From: Myxococcota bacterium | GTDB lineage: Bacteria > Myxococcota_A > UBA9160 > UBA6930 | Reading direction: 5' to 3' | Length of the DNA stretch: 64,000 nt | NCBI GenBank assembly: GCA_965223705.1 | Contig: OZ245015.1 | Coordinates: 4,288,001-4,352,000, forward strand | Part shown: positions 20,427 through 29,770 of the stretch, piece after piece | Position numbering within the stretch: the stretch's first letter is position 1 | Layout of the letters: the number at the start of each line of letters is the position of its first letter | Position numbers and translations under genes: made by a program | Notes under the pieces: generated by a model | Seen by the model: only the letters and a program-made list of their open reading frames with translations | The model's database searches: none | What the model was told of the DNA's origin: nothing

Positions 20427-21689
20427 CTATGCCTCGTTGGGGATGATCTCGGTGGCAAAAAGATCGGTGAGGGGTTGTCGCGGCCGCACGAGATGGGGGG
20501 TTCCATCGCGTACGAAAACTTCTGCCGCGAAGCCGCGGCTGTTGTAGTTGGAGCTCATCGCAAACGCGTACGCACCCGCACACTCGATCACGACAAAATC
20601 GCCCACGGAGGCGACGGGCAAGTCTTCGGTTCGCACGAAGCCGCCGTCCTCTTGCGTAAAAATGTCGCCCGACTCGCAGAGCGGACCGCCCACGACGACA
20701 GGCCGAAGCTCTCCCGTGGCATGGTTGTCGCGGAACGCGATCGACATCGGGTGATACGCCCCATAGAGAATGGGGCGCGCCAGGTTGTTAAAGCCCGCAT
20801 CGAGCACGTAGAACGTGTTCTTTCCCATCTGCTTGATCGCGCGGATCTCCGCGACCAAATAGCCGGCCTCCGCGACGAGGTAGCGACCGGGTTCGATCTC
20901 GAGCCGGACCGGGTGCCCGAACCGCTCGGCGAGCCGGTTTCGCGACGCGTCCCACAGCCTCTGGTACGCGTCGACGTCGATATCGGGATCGTCTTCTCGG
21001 TACGCGATCGGCAGGCCACCGCCGGCGCTGATCGACGTGACTTGCGGACCGACCTGTTTCGCGAACTCTTCCACCGCACCGGCCACTTCCGAGAGATGTT
21101 GGTAGTCCGTTCCCGAACCGATGTGAACGTGTAAGCCCGAGATTCGCAGGTCGTATCGCGCCGCGCGCTCGACGCACCGGGCGAGATCCTCGTACCAGAT
21201 ACCGTGCTTACTCTGCTCGCCACCGGTGTTCGTCTTCTGACTGTGGCCGTGCCCGAAGCCCGGGTTGATGCGCAACGTGATGTGCCCGCCCGGTGCGCGC
21301 TCACCGTACTGGTCGATCATGTCCGGCGAACCGCAATTGACATGAACGCCGCGCGAAACCACCAAGTCGAGGGCTTCTTCGTCGAAGATGTCGGCGGTGT
21401 ACACGATCGGCGGCGGATCGCCTTCGGGCTCGTAGCCCGCGGCGAGGGCGCGCAGCACTTCGCCGGCAGAAACGGCGTCGACCAACGTGCCGTTGCGACG
21501 GCACCAATCGACCACGGCCAAGTTGCTGTTGGCTTTTTGCGCGTACCGGACGACGTCGAACCCGCGGAGGGAAGCGACCTGCGCAGCGATCTGGGCAGCG
21601 TCGTACACGTAGGTGGGCGTCCCGAACGTCCGGGCGAGTTCCGTCACCGGGACGCCGGCGATTTCCGAACGCAGGGGAGATCGGGGCAT
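20427..21689 (-). CDS. lysA: Diaminopimelate decarboxylase
   Basis: YAQKANS, LRINPG, HVHIGSG, IEPGRY, GPLCESGD, GAYAFAMSSNYN. Confidence 0.96.
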   Translation of the reverse strand: MPRSPLRSEIAGVPVTELARTFGTPTYVYDAAQIAAQVASLRGFDVVRYAQKANSNLAVVDWCRRNGTLVDAVSAGEVLRALAAGYEPEGDPPPIVYTADIFDEEALDLVVSRGVHVNCGSPDMIDQYGERAPGGHITLRINPGFGHGHSQKTNTGGEQSKHGIWYEDLARCVERAARYDLRISGLHVHIGSGTDYQHLSEVAGAVEEFAKQVGPQVTSISAGGGLPIAYREDDPDIDVDAYQRLWDASRNRLAERFGHPVRLEIEPGRYLVAEAGYLVAEIRAIKQMGKNTFYVLDAGFNNLARPILYGAYHPMSIAFRDNHATGELRPVVVGGPLCESGDIFTQEDGGFVRTEDLPVASVGDFVVIECAGAYAFAMSSNYNSRGFAAEVFVRDGTPHLVRPRQPLTDLFATEIIPNEA

Positions 21690-21744
21690 GGCGGGAGGTT
21701 ACCCCAGGGGCTTCCCCCATCGCGAGATGGGGTACCACGGGGTT

Positions 21745-22608
21745 GTGACGTTGCCTTCCCAAACTACACCCGCCGATGATTTTCGCGCGTTGGCCTCCGA
21801 GCTCCGAGCGGACCCGAGCGGCGGCGCAACGCTGACCGAGGCGGCGCTCCGCCTGGCGGCGCTGTTCGCCGAGCGGGGGGACGGGGCTGTCGTCGACGCG
21901 ACGCTCGACGGGTTGGCGGAAGCGGCGCGGCCGCGAGTCGACGCCGCCGCGGGCAACTTCGCCCGCGCCGAAGCGCTGGTCGAATGCCTCGGGAACGAGG
22001 CGGGTTTTCGCGGTGACCGCAACTCCTACTACGACCCGCGCAACAGCTTTCTGCCCGACGTTCTCGAACGCCGTTCTGGTATTCCCATCACGCTGGCACT
22101 CGTCTACGTGGAAGTCGCGCGTCGGCTCGGGGTTCCGGTTTTCGGCGTCAGCTTTCCCGGGCATTTCTTGGCGCGCTTGCGCGATGACGAGAACGTCGAG
22201 GAAACCGTCTGGATCGACGCTTTCGAGCGGCGGGTTCTCCGCGACGCCGACTGCGCCGCGCGGTGGAAGCAGATCGTGGGTAAGAACACGCCCTTTGTCC
22301 CCGAAGCCCTGGCCAGCGCAACTGTCCTCGACTTCCTGGTCCGGATGACCGGGAACCTGAAGCAGATCTATCTCGAAAAACGCGATGCCGCTTACGCGTG
22401 GGTTTGCTGCGATGCGCTCGTCGAACTCTCGGGCGGCGGAGCTCCGGAGCGGCGCGATCGCGGGCTTCTCTACGAGCAGCTGGGGCGACCCGCCCTGGCC
22501 CGAGAAGATTTCGAAGCGTTCCTCGCCGCGGCGCCCGACGACGAAACCGCTCCGGTCATCCGGCAGCGACTGGCGGGGCTGCAGGGAAAAACCGAGCAGC
22601 TCAACTAG
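21745..22608 (+). CDS. SirB1/transglutaminase-like core plus TPR protein
   Basis: YYDPRNSFL..VLERRSGIPITL, GVSFPGHFL, ERRDRGLL; start uncertain (21727-21751). Confidence 0.88.
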   Translation: MTLPSQTTPADDFRALASELRADPSGGATLTEAALRLAALFAERGDGAVVDATLDGLAEAARPRVDAAAGNFARAEALVECLGNEAGFRGDRNSYYDPRNSFLPDVLERRSGIPITLALVYVEVARRLGVPVFGVSFPGHFLARLRDDENVEETVWIDAFERRVLRDADCAARWKQIVGKNTPFVPEALASATVLDFLVRMTGNLKQIYLEKRDAAYAWVCCDALVELSGGGAPERRDRGLLYEQLGRPALAREDFEAFLAAAPDDETAPVIRQRLAGLQGKTEQLN

Positions 22609-23966
22609 CCGCGGAGCACTGCGCCGTCGGGGATTACCGCGGGCTCCGTCACCTCGAGACGAACCGAGCCCCGACAGACGACGCCCTTTCCGAAGCGCAC
22701 CGGCCCGCGGACGCGGAGCTCTCCGCACTCGCGAAGCGACGGGGGGCCGCTCGGAAAGAGCGCGTCGAGTCCTTCGAGATCCCTGCAGCGCTCGGGGTCG
22801 AGATCGATCCGCGGCAGGGGATTCGCTGCCGGCCGGAGCCGGTGATCGTCACCCAAGGCATAGGCGTCCGAGCGCACGAGTAGGAGATCGCCGACGGTCT
22901 TCACTGGAGCAAAGCGAAGGTGGGAAACGGCGATGGCCCGCGTTTCGCGGAAGACGCCGATGGCGGCACCCATCGCCGACTCGAGCTGAACCACGGCGCG
23001 CCCGTGGACGTCTTTGCGGTTTCGAATCATCGGAAGAGGGAGGAACCCGCCGTGGGCCTCGAGGGCATCGGCCAGTCGATCGAGCTCGAGCCACAGGTTG
23101 TTCGTGTTGAAGAATCGGTAGCGCTGCGTGTCCTGAAACGCGTCGATTTCGTCGTCGGGACACTGCGCGATTTCTCGCAGGACGAGCCCGCCGCCCTTCG
23201 CCTTCGCCAAGTGTCCACCTTTTCGGTGCGCGGGCGTGCGCCGGCAGACCTCCATCGCGAATGCGGCCCCGCTTTCCGCAAACCAGTGCAGAAGTTTCGG
23301 CTCGAACACGGCGCCCAAGTTGTCAGCGTTGGAAACGAACGCGTAGCGCACACCCGCTTCGCGAAGTGATGCGAGGGCGCCGGAAGCCAGCATCGCTGGG
23401 TAGAGATCGCCGTGCCCAGGTGGACACCACTCCGCGTCGGGATCCTCGGCGCACGCAAACGGCGTCGCGTCGGACGCGACGATGCGGGGCACTTTGTTTT
23501 GCAAGAAATCGAGCGGAGCCGTCTGTCCCGCTTCGAGTTCGGGATACCGGGAAAGTGCGGCCAGCGTGTCGGTCCGGGTCCGGTAGCTGTTCATGAACAC
23601 GATCGGGAGCGCGCCGCGTGTCGCGCCCCGCGCGTGCAACGTCTGCTCTGCAATGATGTCGAGAAACGTCTGGTCGCCGCGAACCGGAAGGAGAGATTTC
23701 GCGCGCGTCATCCCCATGCTGGTGCCGAGACCGCCGTTCAGCTTGATGACGGCGCACGACCGGAGAAGACGTTCGGTATCCGCCGGCGGTTCGGGCAACG
23801 CCTCGGCGTCGGGGAGGGACTCGACGGGTTCGATCTCGCGCTCGGGGATCACCCCGGTCCCACCTGCGAGAAACTGCTCGTAGTGATATCGATAGCTCTC
23901 GATCGCGGCGGCGGGCAGGCCCTCCTTCGCCATCTTGGCTTCGAAGGCAGCGAACTCGCCGCTCAC
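22605..23966 (-). CDS. UTP--glucose-1-phosphate uridylyltransferase, eukaryote-type UDPGP family
   Basis: KLNGGLGTSMG...KS, WCPPGHGD, SNADNLGA, FNTNNLW, FAPVKT. Confidence 0.92.
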   Translation of the reverse strand: MSGEFAAFEAKMAKEGLPAAAIESYRYHYEQFLAGGTGVIPEREIEPVESLPDAEALPEPPADTERLLRSCAVIKLNGGLGTSMGMTRAKSLLPVRGDQTFLDIIAEQTLHARGATRGALPIVFMNSYRTRTDTLAALSRYPELEAGQTAPLDFLQNKVPRIVASDATPFACAEDPDAEWCPPGHGDLYPAMLASGALASLREAGVRYAFVSNADNLGAVFEPKLLHWFAESGAAFAMEVCRRTPAHRKGGHLAKAKGGGLVLREIAQCPDDEIDAFQDTQRYRFFNTNNLWLELDRLADALEAHGGFLPLPMIRNRKDVHGRAVVQLESAMGAAIGVFRETRAIAVSHLRFAPVKTVGDLLLVRSDAYALGDDHRLRPAANPLPRIDLDPERCRDLEGLDALFPSGPPSLRECGELRVRGPVRFGKGVVCRGSVRLEVTEPAVIPDGAVLRG

Positions 23967-25270
23967 GCTTGGCTGGTCAGGAAGTGGGACAGCACGTCGA
24001 TCATGGGCGCGACATCGGCGGTGGCTGCCATTTCGCGACACGAGTGCATCGAGAGCATCGGGTTGCCGACGTCGACGGTGCGAATTCCGACGCGCGCCGC
24101 GCTGATCGGGCCGATCGTCGAACCGCAGCCGAGATCGCTGCGCGAGACGAAGTTCTGGTGCGACACGCCCGCGCTCCGACACAACCCGGCGAACACACCG
24201 GCCGTCTCCGCATCGGTGGCGTAGGACTGATTGGCATTGGTCTTGATCACCGGCCCGCCGCCGAGCTTCGGGTGGTGTCCGGGTTCGTGCTTGTCGGCGT
24301 AGTTCGGGTGGACCGCATGCGCCATATCGGCGGACACCATCATCGAACGCGCCGCAGCACGCGCGAGTCCCTGACGTTCGCCGTCTTTGACGGCATTCAC
24401 GGTGCGTTCGAGAACATCGCCGAGCAGGGTGCCGCCGGCACCGGAAGCGCTGCGGCTACCGACCTCTTCGTGGTCGTAGAAGACGAGCATGCGCGTGAAA
24501 TCCGGCAGCGGACCGCTCACGGCGTCGACCAACGCGGCGAGACCGGCGTGACACGAGGCCAGGTTGTCGAGACGCGCGGACAGGAGAAACTCTCCACGCG
24601 CGCCCGCAACGCAGGCGGGCTGAACATCGTAGGTCATCAGATCGAACGAGCGGAGATCCTCGGCGCCGATCCGCGCGATCCCGCGCGCGCGGAGCTCAGA
24701 AGCGATCAATTCCGCCAGGTTCGGACTGTCTTCGAGACCCGCGACCGGCACCAGGTGTTGCTGGGCGTTCAGCTCGAGGCCCTTCGTCGCGATCTCGCGG
24801 TTCAAGTGGATCGCCAAGTTCGGTACGCGGAGCAGGGGTCGCTCGAAATCGATCAGGCAGACTCGGGTTTCGCCGTCCGACTCGTAGGCGACGCGACCCG
24901 CGAGAGAGAGATCGCGATCGAGCCACGTGTGGAGCAGTACGCCGCCGTAGATCTCCACGGCGAACTGCCGGTAGCCGTGGGCGGTGACGTCGGGGTTCGG
25001 TTTGAGTCGCAGGTTCGGCGAATCCGTGTGCGCGCCCACGATCCGGAACCCGGCCTCGGCGGGATTTCGCGCCCCGATCTGAAATGCCGCCACGGAACCC
25101 TCGGAGCGGACGACGTAACGCAAGTCACCCGGTTCGAGTTGCCACAGATCGCCCTCCGCCAACGCTCGGAAACCCGCCGCCTCGAGGCGACGCGTCGTTT
25201 CGGCCACCGCGTGGTAGGGCGTCGGGCTGCGATCGAGGAAGCGCAGCAGATCGGCGACTCGGTCGGTCAA
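23963..25270 (-). CDS. M18-family (aspartyl) aminopeptidase
   Basis: SPTPYHAV, GAHTDSP, RLDNL, DHEEVGS, SADMAHAVHPNY, GSTIGP, MHSCRE. Confidence 0.93.
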   Translation of the reverse strand: MTDRVADLLRFLDRSPTPYHAVAETTRRLEAAGFRALAEGDLWQLEPGDLRYVVRSEGSVAAFQIGARNPAEAGFRIVGAHTDSPNLRLKPNPDVTAHGYRQFAVEIYGGVLLHTWLDRDLSLAGRVAYESDGETRVCLIDFERPLLRVPNLAIHLNREIATKGLELNAQQHLVPVAGLEDSPNLAELIASELRARGIARIGAEDLRSFDLMTYDVQPACVAGARGEFLLSARLDNLASCHAGLAALVDAVSGPLPDFTRMLVFYDHEEVGSRSASGAGGTLLGDVLERTVNAVKDGERQGLARAAARSMMVSADMAHAVHPNYADKHEPGHHPKLGGGPVIKTNANQSYATDAETAGVFAGLCRSAGVSHQNFVSRSDLGCGSTIGPISAARVGIRTVDVGNPMLSMHSCREMAATADVAPMIDVLSHFLTSQA

Positions 25271-25280
25271 AGGCGCCCCC

Positions 25281-25502
25281 CTACGCCGCGATGGCATCCG
25301 GGGGCTGCGAAGCCGCGGGCTTGGCCGCGGCGAGAACGCGCACTTCGGCGACGGGTCGGAGTGCCTCACGCTCCGGCGGCGGCTCCGGCGGCGCTTCCTG
25401 TGCGGCTCGCCAGGCCCGGATGCCCCGGAACAACCACAGAGCGATCCGCGAGCCCACGATAGCGATGACGACTTCTCCGCCCATCAGAAAGAACAACGGC
25501 AT
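25281..25502 (-). CDS. Small (73 aa) putative membrane protein
   Basis: Hydrophobic N-terminus, Pro/Ala-rich tail; GAGGA SD and TAGAAT -10 immediately upstream. Confidence 0.55.
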   Translation of the reverse strand: MPLFFLMGGEVVIAIVGSRIALWLFRGIRAWRAAQEAPPEPPPEREALRPVAEVRVLAAAKPAASQPPDAIAA

Positions 25503-25539
25503 GCTTTTCCTCGCTTCTTCGATTCTAGCAAGCCCCAAG

Positions 25540-25555
25540 ATGACGCCTCGATGAC
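25540..25555 (-). promoter_or_regulatory. Pho-box-like direct repeat GTCAT-n6-GTCAT, 12 nt upstream of a TAGAAT -10
   Basis: Plus-strand ATGAC at 25540 and 25551. Confidence 0.6.
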
Positions 25556-25572
25556 GAAATTGCTGCGCAAAC

Positions 25573-25599
25573 CTCACAATTCGGTCAACAGACTGTCGT
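25573..25599 (+). promoter_or_regulatory. Pho-box-like triple repeat CTCAC-n6-GTCAA-n6-GTCGT upstream of the response regulator
   Basis: Half-sites at 25573, 25584 and 25595, then TTAACT at 25610. Confidence 0.5.
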
Positions 25600-25643
25600 T
25601 CGCGGCTGGTTAACTCGGGATCTCCGGGGACGGGCGGAGGTTC

Positions 25644-26333
25644 ATGAACGGTCAAGGCGTACTCGTGGCTTGCTCCGACGAGGCAACCCGCAAAGAAATG
25701 GTGGAGAGTCTGCCGAGCGGCGCCATCCAGCTCCACGAGGCGCGGACGGGCCAAGAGGCAATGGCGCTCGTCCTACGAGAAAAGCCCAGCCTCGTGCTGA
25801 CCGACGCCGTCTTGAGCGACCAGCTGGGCCTCAGCCTGGTTCGAGAAATCCGCGACAACCCGGAGCTCGAGGCCACCCGGGTGGCCGTCATCTCTGCGTT
25901 CGCCAGCGAAATGGACCGGGTGATGGCCTTCGAAACCGGCGCAGACGACTTCGTCGCCCATCCTTTCTTCCGACGAGAGCTCACGGCGCGCATCTCGGCA
26001 CTGCTCCGCCGCGGCAGTGGCCCCCGCCGGCGCTCGACGCGTGAGCTCGACGGCGGAGGCGCGATTCAGATCGATCTCGACCGCAAGCGCGTCGAGGTAC
26101 ACGGCGAACAAGTGGATCTCACCCGCAAGGAGTTCGACCTCCTGACGGCGCTGGTTCGCAAATCCGGCCGCGTCGTCAGCCGCGAGAATTTGATCGACGA
26201 AGTCTGGGGCCCCGAGGTCCATCTCACCGAGCGCTCGGTGGACGCCCATATCAAGCAGTTGCGGCGAAAGCTCGGTACTGCTCGCGACACGGTCCAAACC
26301 GTTCGGGGCGTGGGCTACCGCTTCAGCGCCTGA
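25644..26333 (+). CDS. OmpR/PhoB-family response regulator with an atypical receiver
   Basis: DRVMAFETGADD, LTRKEFDLL, RSVDAHIKQLRRKL, VQTVRGVGYRF; GGAGG SD. Confidence 0.92.
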   Translation: MNGQGVLVACSDEATRKEMVESLPSGAIQLHEARTGQEAMALVLREKPSLVLTDAVLSDQLGLSLVREIRDNPELEATRVAVISAFASEMDRVMAFETGADDFVAHPFFRRELTARISALLRRGSGPRRRSTRELDGGGAIQIDLDRKRVEVHGEQVDLTRKEFDLLTALVRKSGRVVSRENLIDEVWGPEVHLTERSVDAHIKQLRRKLGTARDTVQTVRGVGYRFSA

Positions 26334-26402
26334 CTCCGCGGTGGCATGTAGGCATTTTGCACCAGAATTAAGTGACGGCATCGTTTGTCCGCAAGGACAA
26401 AG

Positions 26403-27335
26403 ATGCCGTATCGCATCCCCCTCGCGTTTCTTCTCACAATCGTCACCGCCTCGTGGGCGGGCGCGGCGGATCACGAGGTCAGCCTGACGCCCCGCGACTT
26501 CTTCCCGGGCGATTCGTACGCCCTGTTTCTGCGGACCGACTCGACCACGGAAGCACATCTGCGTTCGACACCGGTCCGGTCCCACTGGGACATGGTCGAA
26601 CTCCGCTATAGCGCCGCAGTGATCGTCACCGAAGTGGACGACGAAGGGATCCCCACTCGGGAGCGACACGAAGGCGCACAGCTGACCTACGTGCGGCCTT
26701 ACGAAACCGAAGCTCTGTTCGACGAGAAAGTGTCACTCGACATCCATCGCTTGTCGCGCGGGCGCGTCGAGATCTACCACGCCGGGGAACGCGTCGCCGG
26801 AAAGATCGAGCGAACGATCGAAAAAGTGCTCGCACAACAATTCGAGTACGGACTCGGCCCCGAATTATTCACCCCGTCGCAACCCGTCGCAGTGGGAGAT
26901 ACCTGGGCGCTCGACCCGTGGGTTGCGCGGCGCTTCCTGCGACAGCTGGGGGTGCGAGCGATTCGCGTTTCGAAAGACGCGACAGCGACCCTCGTACGCT
27001 CGCACCGCGAAGGTGCGGTCGGCGAGCTCGCGATCCGCTACAGCATCCCGATCCCGTGGTTCGCGCCGGAAAGAATGCCCGCGTACTCGCTTCCCGCGGA
27101 CTCCAACGGACTCCTCGAAGGAGAGATCGTACTGCCGCCTCATCCCGCGCTGGGACACATCGGCCACTCGTCCATGTTGACCCTCAGCGCCCACGGGAGC
27201 CTGCGCGTAACCGCACCCGGTGGCGGCAAAGCCTGGCTGGTACAGAGCGCCATCGAGGCGGATCAGCGGACCCGCATGGTGAAGAAGCGTCTCGGCAGCG
27301 CTCGGATCAAGGTGTCCGCGATCGCTGCGCCCTGA
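26403..27335 (+). CDS. Hypothetical exported protein
   Basis: Signal peptide (…ASWAGA); fills the gap between the regulator and exbD; AAGGA SD. Confidence 0.7.
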   Translation: MPYRIPLAFLLTIVTASWAGAADHEVSLTPRDFFPGDSYALFLRTDSTTEAHLRSTPVRSHWDMVELRYSAAVIVTEVDDEGIPTRERHEGAQLTYVRPYETEALFDEKVSLDIHRLSRGRVEIYHAGERVAGKIERTIEKVLAQQFEYGLGPELFTPSQPVAVGDTWALDPWVARRFLRQLGVRAIRVSKDATATLVRSHREGAVGELAIRYSIPIPWFAPERMPAYSLPADSNGLLEGEIVLPPHPALGHIGHSSMLTLSAHGSLRVTAPGGGKAWLVQSAIEADQRTRMVKKRLGSARIKVSAIAAP

Positions 27336-27342
27336 CGGGTCG

Positions 27343-27741
27343 TTAGTGGGTGGTGCTGAACGAGAGCGCCACCGCACCGCCTCGTTTCGCAGCGTCCCAG
27401 ACCTGAACGAACGTGCCGTGGCTCGACTTCTCGTGCGCGCGGATGGAGATCGGGGTTTCGGGCTCTTTGAGCGCGCCCTTTACGACCTCGCTCACTTCGG
27501 CGAGTGAGATCTCGCGGCGATCGATCAGGATCTTGTTCTCCGACGTGATCTCGAGCGCCAGGTTGTCGCTCTCCTCTTGGTCGACGGGCTCGGCGGCGTC
27601 GGGCTTGCTCACCTGCACGCCCTGCTCTTCGATAAAGACGGTCGTCACGATGAAGAAGATCAGCAAGATGAAGATGCAGTCGATCATCGGCGAGAGGTTG
27701 ATCTCGGTCGCTTCTTCCTCGCTGAGAATCCGCTTCGCCAT
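27343..27741 (-). CDS. exbD: Biopolymer transport protein ExbD/TolR
   Basis: [24 protein letters not shown]. Confidence 0.92.
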   Translation of the reverse strand: MAKRILSEEEATEINLSPMIDCIFILLIFFIVTTVFIEEQGVQVSKPDAAEPVDQEESDNLALEITSENKILIDRREISLAEVSEVVKGALKEPETPISIRAHEKSSHGTFVQVWDAAKRGGAVALSFSTTH

Positions 27742-27743
27742 CG

Positions 27744-28325
27744 CTAGCGAAAGTTTCCGCTCGAAAGCGTCAGGCTCTCGAGTCGCGCGAGCTGCGCTTC
27801 GAGGAGCTGTCGCTTTCGCTGAATCAACATCACGATGAAGAGCCCGGGCAACGCGATGGTGAGGCCCGTCTGGGTCGTGACCAGCGCTTCCGAGATCCCG
27901 GAGGCGACGACGCCGGCGGTCTCGCCGCCGCCGCTCGTCGAGATGCCGAAGAAGGTCTGCAGCATCCCGAGCACCGTTCCGAGCAACCCGAGGAGCGGCG
28001 CGGCCGCCACCAGTGTTTTGACGAACTGAGAGCGTCGATCGATCAGCGACAAGATGGCGAGGCGTACTTCGTCAAAGCGCGTCCGGACGTCGTCCTCGGT
28101 GGACGCGCCGGCCTGCGTATAGGCGATGATGCGACCGACCGGTCCCTCCGCCCGCTCGGGCGAACGCACCCATTCCCACCAGTGGAGCTCGGTTTCGTCA
28201 CCGAAGCTCGCGCGGCCGACGTAGAGCATCAACGCGAACGCCTGGGCGTAGAGAAGCACGGCGAGGGCGAAGAGCGGGATCATCACCCAGCCGCCCGAGA
28301 GCCAGATGTCGAGGATGCGGTCCAC
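27744..28325 (-). CDS. exbB: MotA/TolQ/ExbB proton channel protein (short)
   Basis: GGWVMIPL, AAPLLGLLGTVLGM, GISEALVTTQTGL. Confidence 0.92.
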   Translation of the reverse strand: MDRILDIWLSGGWVMIPLFALAVLLYAQAFALMLYVGRASFGDETELHWWEWVRSPERAEGPVGRIIAYTQAGASTEDDVRTRFDEVRLAILSLIDRRSQFVKTLVAAAPLLGLLGTVLGMLQTFFGISTSGGGETAGVVASGISEALVTTQTGLTIALPGLFIVMLIQRKRQLLEAQLARLESLTLSSGNFR

Positions 28326-29767
28326 TAACGCTCGTCGTCCTCGAGATTGCGTGCACCCTGCAGAGCGGGGTGACCGATCTGCAGGCGTTCGCGAATCGAT
28401 TCGAGCCCGTTCACGAAAGCGACGGAAAGCTGTTCGAGGAGCCCGATCTTCCGTTTCGCCATGCGCGACAGCGCGCCGTGAAGAATCAATGTGGGGATCG
28501 CCACGATGAGACCGAGCGCCGTCGTGACCAGCGCCTCGGAGATTCCCGAAGACAGGCTCTTCGCGTCGCCGGTGCCAAACACCGTGATGAGCTGGAACGT
28601 CTTGATCATGCCGACCACGGTGCCGAGCAGCCCGAGAAGCGGTGCGGCAGCGGCCGTGATCGCCAAGAACGGCAGGAAGCGCTCGAGGGAGGGCCTTACG
28701 CGGAGAATCTTCTCGAACAGGAGCTCTTCGAGAACGCCGCGTTTTTCCGTCGCGTGGTCGACGCCGGTGGTCAGCATGTCGCCCGCGACCCCACCCAGCT
28801 GACGGGCCTCGGCGGAAGCCGCCGTGTGATTGCCGTTCGCCAGGGCTTCGAGCACTTCGTCGACGCGCTCGGGATCCGCCACGCGGAAGGACAAGATTTC
28901 AAACACTTTGAACGCGGTGAGAAGAAGCGCCGCTACGCCGAGCGCGATGATGACGTAGCCCACGGCGCCGCCATCGCGCACGTAGTCGAGCACGCCCTTT
29001 CGCGCCTTCTCGATCTTGAGCGCCTTTCCCAGTGTCGCGTCGAAGGGCAACGTGCCGCGCCCTTCTTGTGCCAGCGCGACGATTCCAGATCGGAGGTGCG
29101 CGGGGAGGCTAACCACCACCGGATCCGCTGCGTTGAGCTGGTTCTCGACGAGCCCGACGACCGCGCCGTCTTCACTCGCGAAAAACACCGTGGGTCCGAG
29201 TGAAATGAACTTACCGGCGGTGAGCACGCCTTCCGGCGACAACGCCTCGCCGGCGTAGACCTGCCCGCCCAGCTGGTCGCTCAGCCGATTCACCGCGGCG
29301 CGGACGACCGCCACCTGCGCGGCGCGTTTCCCTTCCGCGTCGAGGTTGACGTTCTTCTCCGCGAGCTTCGCCGCTTCCGTCTTCTTTTCGTAGAGGGGCA
29401 ACTCGCTGATATCGAGGCGGCTCTCGAAATCGCGAACGAACTCGTTCAAGCGGCTGTTGATGAATTCTTCTTGCTCGCGCAGGGACTCGACCTGCTTTCG
29501 CAGCGACGTCAGATCGACGCCGCGGCTGTCGCGGACCTTGTAGAGCTCCGTCCGCTTTTGACGAAGTGTAAGTACCTCTTTCTCGAGGTTCGAAACCGCG
29601 CGGGAGAGCGGGACCCGCTCCTTCGCGATGCGATCCCGCGTCGCCGAGAGCTCCGACAGCGCTTTCTTGAGCCGCGCGTCGATTTCTCCGCTCGCTTTCT
29701 CGAACGATTGCGCGTCGGCGGAGGCCGAAAAGATCAGGGTACTCGCTAGGAGCAAGATGCGAACCAT
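28325..29767 (-). CDS. Long MotA/TolQ/ExbB protein with periplasmic coiled coil (TtpC-like)
   Basis: Signal peptide, heptad-rich N-terminus, C-terminal APLLGLLGTVVGMI…GISEALVTTALGL. Confidence 0.9.
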   Translation of the reverse strand: MVRILLLASTLIFSASADAQSFEKASGEIDARLKKALSELSATRDRIAKERVPLSRAVSNLEKEVLTLRQKRTELYKVRDSRGVDLTSLRKQVESLREQEEFINSRLNEFVRDFESRLDISELPLYEKKTEAAKLAEKNVNLDAEGKRAAQVAVVRAAVNRLSDQLGGQVYAGEALSPEGVLTAGKFISLGPTVFFASEDGAVVGLVENQLNAADPVVVSLPAHLRSGIVALAQEGRGTLPFDATLGKALKIEKARKGVLDYVRDGGAVGYVIIALGVAALLLTAFKVFEILSFRVADPERVDEVLEALANGNHTAASAEARQLGGVAGDMLTTGVDHATEKRGVLEELLFEKILRVRPSLERFLPFLAITAAAAPLLGLLGTVVGMIKTFQLITVFGTGDAKSLSSGISEALVTTALGLIVAIPTLILHGALSRMAKRKIGLLEQLSVAFVNGLESIRERLQIGHPALQGARNLEDDER

Positions 29768-29770
29768 CGG

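Noticed and set aside
26342..26361. TGGCA…TTGC as a sigma-54 promoter
   Set aside because: GG-to-GC spacing is not the required 10 nt
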